A stretch of 64,000 bases of DNA from Desulfomonilia bacterium (lineage in GTDB: Bacteria > Desulfobacterota > Desulfomonilia > UBA1062), in the NCBI GenBank assembly GCA_963664325.2, contig CAXXDQ010000004.1:96001-160000 (forward strand), read 5' to 3'. Shown here piece by piece: positions 11,059 through 20,459 of this stretch. Both the position numbers and the translations under genes were made by a program. Within the stretch, counting starts at the first letter, position 1; the number at the start of each line of letters is the position of its first letter. A model generated the notes under the pieces. That model made no database searches and was not told the DNA's origin. It saw only the letters and a program-made list of their open reading frames with translations.

Positions 11059-12753
11059 TTATGCCTTATACGCCCCCATGTTAGCCAGAGCTATGCTTCC
11101 CGGGCTGATCGGGGCCGGGTCTGTCATGACATTTATGCAGCAGGTCTTGCCCGAGGCAAAGGCCTTTTCAATCGCGGGCCTTACATCTTCTATTTTTTCC
11201 ACAAGAAGGCCCAGGCCCCCTATCGCCTCGACCATCTTCTGGTATTCGACAGGACCGATTTCCGTGCCGCAAGCGATTGCATGTCCCATCCTGAGCTGCT
11301 GGGAATGCCTTATCATGCCCCACCCGAGGTCGTTGTTGATAACTACAACCGTAGGCAGGCATTTTCTTATTGCGGTCTCGAACTCCATGAAATTAAAACC
11401 GACCGAGCCGTCGCCGATAACAAGAAGCACCCTTTTATCCGGGTTAAGGAGTTTTGCAGCATTCGCGTAAGGTATTCCAACGCCGAGACAGCCGTACAGA
11501 CCGCTGTCCATGTAATGGCCGGACTTTTTCACTGTCCGTGTCATTCCCATCCAGACCTGGGTATCGCCTCCGTCTGCAATCACGATATCATCTTCCCTGT
11601 TCATGATGGTGTTTATCTCTTTCATCAGCCTTATGGGATGAATAGGGGTGCCGGAGCTTTCCCAGCTTTCCTTTGCACTTGATTTGCCTGCAATATCAGC
11701 TTCTTTCAAAGTATCAACCCAGGTCTTGAATTTTTTCTGCATCCCCGGCGCAAAGGCTTTGGAATCAATGGCCTTGATGCACTCGCCGAGAAAGGCCTTT
11801 ACATCGCTCACGATGCCTAGATCCACCGAGCGGTTGCGGCCTATCTCCTCTGCTTCTATATCCACGTGCACTATCCTGGCGGCAGCGGGGAAGACATCGC
11901 CGAACAGATAATACAGGCTTATCCTCGATCCCAGGAGTATCACAAGGTCTGTGGATGCGTTGGCCACAAACGCCGCCCCGGGCCGGATAGCAAGTGCGCC
12001 CTCGAAACACAGTTCATGCGTGTCGGGCAGCACTCCCCTGCCTGAATTTATCGTCATGACGGGGATGCCGGTCTTTTCGGCAAAGGCCTTTAATTCCGCT
12101 TCCGCTCCCGAATACCAGGCCCCGCTCCCGGCTATTACTACAGGCCTTTCCGAGGCAAGGATCATATCAAGGAATTTAGGTATGTTTTCCGTATCGACCG
12201 GCCTTGAAACAGGCAGGGATTTTGTCTTTTTAACCCTGTCCACGCTGACAGGCGTGTTGAGCACGTCGACAGGCAGTTCAAGGTAGACGGGCCCCGGTCT
12301 TCCGGAGATTGCAGTCCGGTATGCCAGGTCAATGAATTCTGGTATGCGTTCGGCCTTCTGGCATAAAAAAGCCTTTTTCACTATTGGCTCTATGACGGGA
12401 AACTGTCTCATATCCTGCAGATCCAGCTTCTCGCAGCTCTCTATGCCTACGCAGCCTGAGATAAGAACCAATGGTGAATTGGCAAGTTTCGCATTGGCAA
12501 TTGACGACAGAGCATTCGTAAAACCGGGGCCCGCTGTCACCATTGCGATCCCGGGCTTTTTTGTCAGGCGCCCCATAGCCTCCGCCATAAAGCATGCTGC
12601 CTGCTCGTGGCGCGTATCAAACAGTTTTACGTTCGAGCCTTCAAGGTACTGGTATATCGGTGTGATATGCCCTCCGGATATTGTGAAGATATATTCTATC
12701 CCGAGATCGATTAGTGCGTCCGCAGCAAGTTTTCCTCCTATTACTGTTTCCAT
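11059..12753 (-). CDS. Thiamine-diphosphate-dependent enzyme (2-hydroxyacyl-CoA lyase/acetolactate synthase-like)
   Basis: RHEQAA, TAGPG, GRPGPVYLELP, GDGS...NN ThDP motif. Confidence 0.85.
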   Translation of the reverse strand: METVIGGKLAADALIDLGIEYIFTISGGHITPIYQYLEGSNVKLFDTRHEQAACFMAEAMGRLTKKPGIAMVTAGPGFTNALSSIANAKLANSPLVLISGCVGIESCEKLDLQDMRQFPVIEPIVKKAFLCQKAERIPEFIDLAYRTAISGRPGPVYLELPVDVLNTPVSVDRVKKTKSLPVSRPVDTENIPKFLDMILASERPVVIAGSGAWYSGAEAELKAFAEKTGIPVMTINSGRGVLPDTHELCFEGALAIRPGAAFVANASTDLVILLGSRISLYYLFGDVFPAAARIVHVDIEAEEIGRNRSVDLGIVSDVKAFLGECIKAIDSKAFAPGMQKKFKTWVDTLKEADIAGKSSAKESWESSGTPIHPIRLMKEINTIMNREDDIVIADGGDTQVWMGMTRTVKKSGHYMDSGLYGCLGVGIPYANAAKLLNPDKRVLLVIGDGSVGFNFMEFETAIRKCLPTVVVINNDLGWGMIRHSQQLRMGHAIACGTEIGPVEYQKMVEAIGGLGLLVEKIEDVRPAIEKAFASGKTCCINVMTDPAPISPGSIALANMGAYKA

Positions 12754-12770
12754 GATTTTTATTTACCTCC

Positions 12771-13601
12771 TTAGAGTTCGATCAGTTGTCCGCCGGTAAT
12801 GTTTATAGCCTGGCCGGTCATATATGATGACTCGGAAGATGCCAGAAATGCGGCCAGATTCGCTACATCAGACGGTTCCCCTATTCTTGCCATCGGTATG
12901 GTCTTTATCATCTCCTGCCTCCTTTCTTCCACAGTGGAGCCGAAAAATTTCGCCTCCAGCTCAAAGCGCCAGTGTTCCAGGTCAGTGCCGATCTGCCCCG
13001 GAGCTATGGCATTTACACGGATATTCGGGGCAAGTTCTTTGGCCATTATCTTCGTCTGCATGATCAAGCCGGACTTTGCCACGGCATAAGCGCCGTTGAA
13101 TATCGGCGGCACCTTGCCCGCCCGTGAGGCCATGTTGATTATGCTTGATCCGGGCGGCATCATTGGGATTATCGCTCTCGACACCCTGAAAGCGCCGTGG
13201 AGGTTGACATCGATTGTCTTCATCCAGGCCGATTCATCGTAATAGAGGAAGGAATTGGGCACACCGAATGAAGCTCCGGCGTTGTTTACAAGGACATCAA
13301 CCTTGCCGAATCTTATTTTTACGGCCTCGGCCATTGCCTTGATCGTTTCTCCATTTGTTACATCGACATCAACGGGCAGCGTATCGATGCTGAAGCGTCC
13401 CTTCAGTTCGGATGCAATGTCTGTCATCTCATTCTCGGTGCCGGTTTTTACTTCACCTTGTGTTTTGGCAAGCAGGCCCAGATCGGCAATGATAATGTTC
13501 GCACCACATGAGGCAAGCTTTTCGGCGATTGCGTAACCTATTCCGGATTTTTTACCCGAACCTGTTATGAGAGCCGTTTTTCCTGACAGATCGTTGTACA
13601 A
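12771..13601 (-). CDS. Short-chain dehydrogenase/reductase
   Basis: TGSGKKSGIG, NNAG, YAVAK, RVNAIAPG; TTG start with GGGAGG. Confidence 0.9.
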   Translation of the reverse strand: MYNDLSGKTALITGSGKKSGIGYAIAEKLASCGANIIIADLGLLAKTQGEVKTGTENEMTDIASELKGRFSIDTLPVDVDVTNGETIKAMAEAVKIRFGKVDVLVNNAGASFGVPNSFLYYDESAWMKTIDVNLHGAFRVSRAIIPMMPPGSSIINMASRAGKVPPIFNGAYAVAKSGLIMQTKIMAKELAPNIRVNAIAPGQIGTDLEHWRFELEAKFFGSTVEERRQEMIKTIPMARIGEPSDVANLAAFLASSESSYMTGQAINITGGQLIEL

Positions 13602-13686
13602 TTGAAACCTCCCATTAACGTTTGGATTATTTGAGGCGAAGCTGATGGTATCTTCTTTAAAGCATGGACGTCAATAAAAAGCTTGA

Positions 13687-14361
13687 TCAGCTCTCGGACA
13701 ATTTCTTTTTCAGCAGCAAGTCTGCATCAGATGCCCTGACATAAACAGGGTTGATATCATTAACGGCAGTTGCACTGTTTAAAGCAAGTCTTCCGATAAC
13801 CGAGGCCTTTGGATACCACAGGTCCCTGTCCGCGGCCTGATACAAACTGCCAAGGCATTTTCTGAATACTTCATCATAAAGCCCCACAGCATTTCCTGCG
13901 AACAGGGCCGGTTCGGTTATCATGCCTTTAACCTGAGCCGGTTCGATATTGACTTGCGGAGACAGTCTGAGCCTGTTTTTGTCATACAATGCACAGAAAA
14001 TTTCACCCTTTCTGGCATCCAGGACCGGCATTATATGAATGTCAGATTCCGGCACATTCGCTGCAACGGCATCCAGGGTGCTGACGCCCCGGATTTCACA
14101 TTTTACGGCTGCCGCCAGACCTCTGGCTGTAGAAATACCGATGCGGATGCCCGTGAAAGAACCCGGTCCCAGACCGGCTGCAATAAGGTTAATATCTTTT
14201 TTCCTTATGCCCGAGTCGTTGAGCACATTATCAATGAGTTTAAGTATTGTTCCCGAATGCCCGGCCTTTACCTTCTGGCTTGTCTCTATGAGGACTTCCC
14301 CATCCTTCAGCACGGCTACCGAGCAGGTATCGGTTGAGGTGTCAATTGCCAGGATATGCAT
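13687..14361 (-). CDS. tsaB: tRNA t6A biosynthesis protein TsaB
   Basis: LAIDTS, GPGSFTGIRIG, DARKGE, PVYVR. Confidence 0.93.
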   Translation of the reverse strand: MHILAIDTSTDTCSVAVLKDGEVLIETSQKVKAGHSGTILKLIDNVLNDSGIRKKDINLIAAGLGPGSFTGIRIGISTARGLAAAVKCEIRGVSTLDAVAANVPESDIHIMPVLDARKGEIFCALYDKNRLRLSPQVNIEPAQVKGMITEPALFAGNAVGLYDEVFRKCLGSLYQAADRDLWYPKASVIGRLALNSATAVNDINPVYVRASDADLLLKKKLSES

Positions 14362-14363
14362 GG

Positions 14364-15443
14364 TTATTTGCCTGTAAATATCCTGGCAATATCGTTGTAA
14401 AAAGCAAAGAGCATCAGGAGAATCAGAAGAAAGAGCCCTATCTGCTGGGCGATCTCCTTAGGCCTGTCTTTCAAAGGACGTCTTATAATGCCTTCGATAA
14501 GGAATATCAGGATATATCCGCCGTCAAGAACCGGTATGGGCAGTATGTTTATAATGGCCAGATTTATGCTTATGAATGCAATAAGCCCGACAAACGGCAA
14601 CAGTCCCGCCTTAAAAGATTTCCCTGAAACCTGAGCAATCATGATGGGCCCGCCGAGGCTTTCCCTGATAGGAATTGTACCCTCGATAATTTTGGAAAAT
14701 GCGATTCCGGTCATTTTAACGACCCACCAGCACTGATTCAGGCCGTATCCGAGTCCTGATACAGGACCATAGCGTGTAATGAACGTCTCACCGGAAGGGG
14801 ATATGCCGATTAAAGGGCGGTTGATCTCTTCCCCGAACAAATTTTTTGCCTTTGTCATCCTGGGCTTGACTTCCACCCTGAATTGAATGCCCGTACGCTC
14901 AATGATAATATCAAGCCTGCCGGTCATGTTCTTCAGCATGATCGACGGAATATCTTCCCACTCCCTGACCGGACTTGAATTAATGGAGATTATTCTGTCG
15001 CCTTTCATCAATCCAGCATCATATGCAGGGGTCTTGCCCTGAACCTCGCCTATAACCGGTGAAAGAGTCGGTATGCCGATCCAGGAAACGAGGACATAGA
15101 TCAGGAACGCCAGGACAAGGTTGAAGACAGGCCCCGCTGCAACAATCGCCGCCTTGATCCTGAGCGGTTTTGCCTCGAACGAACGCGACGGGTCGGCGGA
15201 TATTATCATTTCATTGCCGTTTTGTTTCCCCTCCCCCAGCATCTTTACGTAACCGCCCAGGGGGAAAGCGGATATCATGTATTCCGTTTCGCCGATCTTC
15301 TTCTTGATCAGCGCAGGGCCAAAACCGAGCGAAAATTTCAGCACCATCACGCCGCTTGCCTTGGCCACAAGGAAATGGCCGAGTTCATGGAAAAATATCA
15401 GTATCCCTAGCAAAATAATAAAAGCCAGTATGGTCGTTATCAT
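14364..15443 (-). CDS. rseP: RIP metalloprotease RseP
   Basis: HELGH, PLGGYVKM, AGP, PDZ domain, NILPIPVLDGG. Confidence 0.95.
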   Translation of the reverse strand: MITTILAFIILLGILIFFHELGHFLVAKASGVMVLKFSLGFGPALIKKKIGETEYMISAFPLGGYVKMLGEGKQNGNEMIISADPSRSFEAKPLRIKAAIVAAGPVFNLVLAFLIYVLVSWIGIPTLSPVIGEVQGKTPAYDAGLMKGDRIISINSSPVREWEDIPSIMLKNMTGRLDIIIERTGIQFRVEVKPRMTKAKNLFGEEINRPLIGISPSGETFITRYGPVSGLGYGLNQCWWVVKMTGIAFSKIIEGTIPIRESLGGPIMIAQVSGKSFKAGLLPFVGLIAFISINLAIINILPIPVLDGGYILIFLIEGIIRRPLKDRPKEIAQQIGLFLLILLMLFAFYNDIARIFTGK

Positions 15444-16561
15444 ATCAGATCCTTTGCTGTTAATCTTGTTTTCCTGTCGAGTTCAATGAGTTCTTCGATT
15501 GTATCCGCCTTTTCCCCGGAGAGCTTTTCCATTGTCCTTTCAACAATATCGGTTATCCTGTCAAATGACAGATTCCTTTTTAAAAACTGATCGACGGCAA
15601 CCTCATCGGCGGCGTTCATTATACAAGGCATGGTGTCCGGTTTTTTCAGCGCATTGTGCGCAAGGCGAAAGGCTCTGAACTTGACCTCGTCAGGCTTAGA
15701 AAATTCCAGCGACATTGTATTATGGAAGTCAAAGCGCGGCAGATCAAGCCTCAGTCTTTCAGGCCATGCCAGGGCATAAGCAATGGGAACCCTCATATCA
15801 GGGATGCCGAACTGCGCCTTGAAAGAGGAGTCTTTGAACTGGACAACTGAATGGACTATGCTCGCAGGGTGTATCCACACATCGATTTTTTCTCCCGGTA
15901 TGTCGAAAAGCCAGCTCGCTTCAATAATCTCAAGGGCTTTGTTCATCATTGTTGCAGAGTCTATGGTGATTCTCTGTCCCATGCTCCAGGTCGGATGCTT
16001 CAATGCTTCTTCCGGCGTGATTGAAGCAAACGTCTCTTTGGGCCTGTCTTTGAAAGGGCCGCCGGATGCGGTCAGTATTATCTTTTCAACATCTTCTCTT
16101 CTCTCTCCCTGCAGACACTGGAAAATGGCCGAATGCTCGGAGTCAACCGGGATTATCTTCGCTCCATATTTTCTTGCAGCGGCTTTTACAAATTTTCCGC
16201 CAACGACCAGGGATTCCTTGTTTGCCAGTGCAAGCTTAACGCCTCTTTTCAGGGCTTCCAGGGAAGGCAGGAATCCGGCGGCCCCGGATATCCCGTTCAG
16301 GACTATATCGGGAGATGTTTTCCTGATGAGGTTTATCGCGGCATCACGCCCCTTGATTATATACTTAAAACTTGTATCAGTCGTCTCATCGGTTATGGCT
16401 ATGTCCTCAACACCGAAGAGCCGCGCCTGGTCCGCAAGCTCAATCGAACTTTTTCTCGCGCACAGACCGACGACCTTGAACCTGTCAGGATTTGACCTGA
16501 TCACATCAAGTGCGGATTTTCCAATGGAGCCTGTCGATCCCAGAATTACGATTTTTTCCAT
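15440..16561 (-). CDS. dxr: 1-deoxy-D-xylulose-5-phosphate reductoisomerase
   Basis: GSTGSIG, LANKESLV, PVDSEHSA, TASGGPF, HPTWSMG, DSATMMNK. Confidence 0.97.
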   Translation of the reverse strand: MEKIVILGSTGSIGKSALDVIRSNPDRFKVVGLCARKSSIELADQARLFGVEDIAITDETTDTSFKYIIKGRDAAINLIRKTSPDIVLNGISGAAGFLPSLEALKRGVKLALANKESLVVGGKFVKAAARKYGAKIIPVDSEHSAIFQCLQGERREDVEKIILTASGGPFKDRPKETFASITPEEALKHPTWSMGQRITIDSATMMNKALEIIEASWLFDIPGEKIDVWIHPASIVHSVVQFKDSSFKAQFGIPDMRVPIAYALAWPERLRLDLPRFDFHNTMSLEFSKPDEVKFRAFRLAHNALKKPDTMPCIMNAADEVAVDQFLKRNLSFDRITDIVERTMEKLSGEKADTIEELIELDRKTRLTAKDLI

Positions 16562-16570
16562 TTTTATAAT

Positions 16571-17404
16571 TCAGACGATAAAGGTTAAGATTATATATAA
16601 AGCCGCACCGACCGGGATGACGCCATCCATGCGGTCGAGCATTCCGCCGTGCCCCGGGATGACATTGCCGAAATCCTTGATTCCGAACTCGCGCTTGAAC
16701 ATCGATGCGGTGAGGTCGCCTGCCAGATCAAGCAAGGCAACCGCAAAGCTGAGCATGATAAAGAGCCAGACCGGATAGTTTCTGATTAAAGGCTCCATCA
16801 TCGAAAACTCATTGCTCATTTTCTGATAAGCAAACCCCAGTACAAGCCCGAATACGATACCAGCAGCTATCCCGCCGATCAGCCCCTCGACAGTTTTCTT
16901 GGGGCTCAGGCGCGGTGACAGCTTATGCCTGCCAAGGTACTTCCCAGCAAAATATGCGCCCCCGTCGGCAATAAATGTGCATACAAGTCCGAATATCATC
17001 CAGAATCTGCCGTCCGGTGCATTCCTTAAAAGAACCCAGAAAGAAAAAAACCCAATGGGATAGACAATTCCGGAAAGTGCCATTGCAACATCCCGGCCTG
17101 TCGCCATATCTTTTTCAAACAGATAGAGCCCTGCAATAATAATGGATAAGGCAAGGCCTGCACTGAGAAGGAACAGCAGAACGAAGTTTGCCTGATATGA
17201 ATACCAGAGAAATCCCTCGGTGCCTGCCATCAGGATGTAACCGAGGGCCGAAGCGCTTTTTGAAAGCGTTGAGTGCATGAGTTCATATACACACCAGGGC
17301 ACGACAATCATCGCGAAAACAAGAAGAACCCATGCCGGGCCGAATGCAACCGGCAAAGCCAGGACTACGATCATTACCAGGGCACTTAAAAGTCTAGTGA
17401 TCAT
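16571..17404 (-). CDS. cdsA: Phosphatidate cytidylyltransferase, canonical copy
   Basis: SPKKTVEG and SMFKREFGIKDFGNVIPGHGGMLDRMD signature. Confidence 0.92.
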   Translation of the reverse strand: MITRLLSALVMIVVLALPVAFGPAWVLLVFAMIVVPWCVYELMHSTLSKSASALGYILMAGTEGFLWYSYQANFVLLFLLSAGLALSIIIAGLYLFEKDMATGRDVAMALSGIVYPIGFFSFWVLLRNAPDGRFWMIFGLVCTFIADGGAYFAGKYLGRHKLSPRLSPKKTVEGLIGGIAAGIVFGLVLGFAYQKMSNEFSMMEPLIRNYPVWLFIMLSFAVALLDLAGDLTASMFKREFGIKDFGNVIPGHGGMLDRMDGVIPVGAALYIILTFIV

Positions 17405-17414
17405 TATTTACCTT

Positions 17415-17540
17415 CTATCCGTTCGCCTGCCATCCCATTTTCGGGGCGGCAAAGTCTTTTACAATCTTGCCGACCGCCCTTAATATTCCGTCCCTGCCGC
17501 CGTAATTCAGCGCGATGTTGAGGATTACGATCTTTTCCAT
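17415..17540 (-). pseudogene. Chimeric dxr/uppS remnant at the duplication junction (41-aa ORF)
   Basis: Translates MEKIVIL-NIALNYGGRDGILRAV...; MEKIVIL is the Dxr N-terminus and NIALNYGGRD is internal UppS sequence. Confidence 0.8.
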
Positions 17541-17541
17541 C

Positions 17542-18375
17542 TCAGGTTATGAAGTTCAGAATTATGTAGAGAGAGGCGCCCACCGTTATGCCGCTGTCCA
17601 TCCTGTCGAGCATCCCGCCGTGTCCTGGGATGACGTTGCCGAAGTTCTTAATCCCGAACTCCCTTTTGTACATTGATGCGGTCAGGTCTCCGGCAAGGCC
17701 GAGAAGCGCTATCGCGAATCCAAGCACGATGTAAAGCCATACGGGATACGTCCTTATCAAGGGCTCCCATAACGTCGTCAGTTGTGAGACTTTCGCATAG
17801 CACAGCGCAAAGATGAAGCCGAACACTATGCTTGCGGCTATGCCGCCTGCAAGGCCCTCTAGCGTCTTCTCGGGACTCAGGTTCGGGCTGAGCTTGTGCC
17901 TGCCGAGCGACCTCCCGGCGAAATATGCGCCGCCGTCGGCAATAAAGGTGCACACAATGCCGAATATCAACCAGAACCTGCCGTCAGGCGCGTACCTGAG
18001 CAGCACAACGAAGCTGCAAAGCCCTGCCGGATATACCAGCCCTGAAAGGGCTACGGCAACATCCCTGCCTGTCGCCCACCTTTTTTCGTAAAGGTAGAGC
18101 CCGGCAATAATTATCGAGAGAGCGGTGCATGTGCTGACCATGAAGAGCAGCATGAAGTTTCCCTGATGAGCATACCAAAGTAATCCCTCGCTTCCCGCCA
18201 TCAGGATGTAGCCGAGAACATGCGCGGTTTTAGACAACGTTGCCTTTATGAGTTCGAATGCGCACCAAGGGACAACGACCATTGCAAACACAAGCAGCAC
18301 CCATGCCGGGCCGAATGCCACGGGTAAGGCCAGAACAATAACCAGAACCAGCGCGCTCAATAGTCTTGTCAACAT
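17542..18375 (-). CDS. cdsA: Phosphatidate cytidylyltransferase, paralog with KD>KN change
   Basis: Colinear 277-aa paralog; SPEKTLEG and SMYKREFGIKNFGNVIPGHGGMLDRMD. Confidence 0.88.
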   Translation of the reverse strand: MLTRLLSALVLVIVLALPVAFGPAWVLLVFAMVVVPWCAFELIKATLSKTAHVLGYILMAGSEGLLWYAHQGNFMLLFMVSTCTALSIIIAGLYLYEKRWATGRDVAVALSGLVYPAGLCSFVVLLRYAPDGRFWLIFGIVCTFIADGGAYFAGRSLGRHKLSPNLSPEKTLEGLAGGIAASIVFGFIFALCYAKVSQLTTLWEPLIRTYPVWLYIVLGFAIALLGLAGDLTASMYKREFGIKNFGNVIPGHGGMLDRMDSGITVGASLYIILNFIT

Positions 18376-18377
18376 CG

Positions 18378-19079
18378 CTAGCTTTCCACCTGTTCACTCG
18401 TCATGCCGTAGCGGCGCTGCCGCGTTGCGAACCAGCCTATTGCATCATCCAGTGCCTTGCCGTCAAAGTCCGGCCACAGGATGTCGGTAAAATATATTTC
18501 AGTATAGGCAATCTGCCAGAGCATGAAATTGCTTATACGCCATTCTCCGCCTGTTCTTATCAGAAGGTCCGGGTCAGGGATTCCCGAGGTATCCAGGTAT
18601 TTTCTAAAACCATCCTCGTCGATGGGGCCTGATCTCTCTTTTATAGCTGCGTTTAGCGCCCTTACGATTTCATCCCTTCCGCCGTAGTTCAGGGCGATAT
18701 TCAGGAAGACCGCTGCGTTTGTTTTTGTAAGCTCGATTGTATGCCTTATCTTGGCCTGAAGCCGGTCGGACAGTTTCGATATGTCCCCTATCACATTGAA
18801 GTTTACCCCGGTTTCCTTCAGACGGCCGACCTCCTCATCAATGAAGCGGTCAAGCAGTTTCCACAGGCCTTCAACTTCTTCGACGGGCCGCCGCCAGTTT
18901 TCAGATGAAAAAGCATAGATTGTCAGGTATTTGATTCTCCGGTCCTTGACCAGTTCGACGATCTTTCTTGTTGCGCGCGCGCCGGCCTCATGGCCTGATA
19001 GTCTGGGAAGTCCCCTTTTTTGAGCCCATCTGCCGTTGCCGTCCATTATTATTGCGACATGCTTTAGGCTGTTCTGCAT
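18378..19079 (-). CDS. uppS: Undecaprenyl diphosphate synthase
   Basis: HVAIIMDGNGRWA, FSSENWRRP, NYGGRDE, DLLIRTGGE-RISNF. Confidence 0.96.
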   Translation of the reverse strand: MQNSLKHVAIIMDGNGRWAQKRGLPRLSGHEAGARATRKIVELVKDRRIKYLTIYAFSSENWRRPVEEVEGLWKLLDRFIDEEVGRLKETGVNFNVIGDISKLSDRLQAKIRHTIELTKTNAAVFLNIALNYGGRDEIVRALNAAIKERSGPIDEDGFRKYLDTSGIPDPDLLIRTGGEWRISNFMLWQIAYTEIYFTDILWPDFDGKALDDAIGWFATRQRRYGMTSEQVES

Positions 19080-19207
19080 AGGAATCCGTTAACACAGTGT
19101 GGTTTTAATCAGCAAGCCTTAATGTAAAGCATTTGTTCAATTGACTGTACGGACAAGATTATTAATAATGTGCATCAGGAACAGAAATAATATCAGGGAG
19201 GTATATC

Positions 19208-19834
19208 ATGCTTAATAATCCCCAGGCGACAGAACAGGCTTTGAGCATTTTAAGGAGCGGCCAGCCTTTTCAATGGTATGTGATAACGCTTCTTGCACTG
19301 GTGTTTTATGTCTATTTTAACGAAATTCAGAATAAGCACTGGAAGAGTATCGCTGCCGGGTTGTCGCTTTACATGGTTCACTGGTTTGTAGAAATTGTTA
19401 ATGCCCTCATCCAGCATTTTTCCGGGCACGCATTGTGGACGGTCCCGACAGGCACCGCCTTTCTTCTGCTTATCGGCGTCGGAGTCGAGTTAAGCCTTAT
19501 GTTTTCAATAGCAGGCCTCATATTCAGCAAGATACTTCCCGAAGACCCGAAGGCAAAAATACTGGGGATCAACAACAGGCTTTTCATAGCCCTGTTCAAT
19601 GCCGCATTTTTTTCGATATTCGAGATATTCCTTGTCAAGACGCCCTGCTTTGTATGGGTATATCCCTGGTGGGGTTCATTGACCGTCTTCATCTCGGTCT
19701 ATATTCCGTTCTGGGTAGTGGCCATGTACTGCTATGACTGGCAGCCGAAAACACAGATCAAAGTAATCGGCGGCATGTTTGCCGTAAATGCAGCCATGCT
19801 TATTGTTTTTGCAGGCATACTGAAATGGATTTAG
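19208..19834 (+). CDS. Hypothetical polytopic membrane protein
   Basis: About 6 hydrophobic segments; SD GGGAGG. Confidence 0.7.
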   Translation: MLNNPQATEQALSILRSGQPFQWYVITLLALVFYVYFNEIQNKHWKSIAAGLSLYMVHWFVEIVNALIQHFSGHALWTVPTGTAFLLLIGVGVELSLMFSIAGLIFSKILPEDPKAKILGINNRLFIALFNAAFFSIFEIFLVKTPCFVWVYPWWGSLTVFISVYIPFWVVAMYCYDWQPKTQIKVIGGMFAVNAAMLIVFAGILKWI

Positions 19835-19837
19835 ATT

Positions 19838-20437
19838 TTGGCTGAACAGGGCATAATACCTGATATAACCGCGGGGGTCCTGATCGGGGGAAAATCCCGC
19901 CGTTTCGGCCGTGACAAAGTTGTCGAGCCGCTTGGCGGTGTCATGCTGGTGGAAAGGGTTGTTTCCGTACTGAAACCTCTGTTTCAGGAAATAATCCTTA
20001 TCGGCCATCAAAGGCAGAAAATCGCAGGTTATAAAACCGTGCCTGACATCATACCAGACTGCGGACCCCTCGGCGGCATATATACTGCCCTTGAAACTTC
20101 AAAGAATCCCTACTGCTTCATATTCGCAGCTGACATGCCCAACCTTAACACGGGACTTATCCGGTATATGGCCGGTCTTAAAGAAAAGGCGGACATCGTA
20201 ATACCCAAAGTACCCAAGGGCATTGAACCCCTTCATGCTGTTTATTCCAGAACAGCAATCCCGGTTATAAAAGACATGCTGGCAAAAAGGAGTTTGAAGA
20301 TTTTAAACCTTATCGAAAAGATGAAAATCGAATATGTAGAGTATCAATCAATTAAATATTTCGGGGACCCTTTAAGGATTTTTTCAAACATTAATTCATT
20401 ATCAGATATCGATACTGTCTTCAGAAGGGAAAAATAA
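19838..20437 (+). CDS. mobA: Molybdenum cofactor guanylyltransferase
   Basis: GGKSRRFGRDK, GPLGGIYTAL, ADMP, EPLHAVY, NIN. Confidence 0.88.
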   Translation: MAEQGIIPDITAGVLIGGKSRRFGRDKVVEPLGGVMLVERVVSVLKPLFQEIILIGHQRQKIAGYKTVPDIIPDCGPLGGIYTALETSKNPYCFIFAADMPNLNTGLIRYMAGLKEKADIVIPKVPKGIEPLHAVYSRTAIPVIKDMLAKRSLKILNLIEKMKIEYVEYQSIKYFGDPLRIFSNINSLSDIDTVFRREK

Positions 20438-20459
20438 AACTCAAATTTGGAGGCAAACA

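Noticed and set aside
15783-16778. 331-aa plus-strand ORF
   Set aside because: Antisense shadow of dxr/cdsA with no motifs
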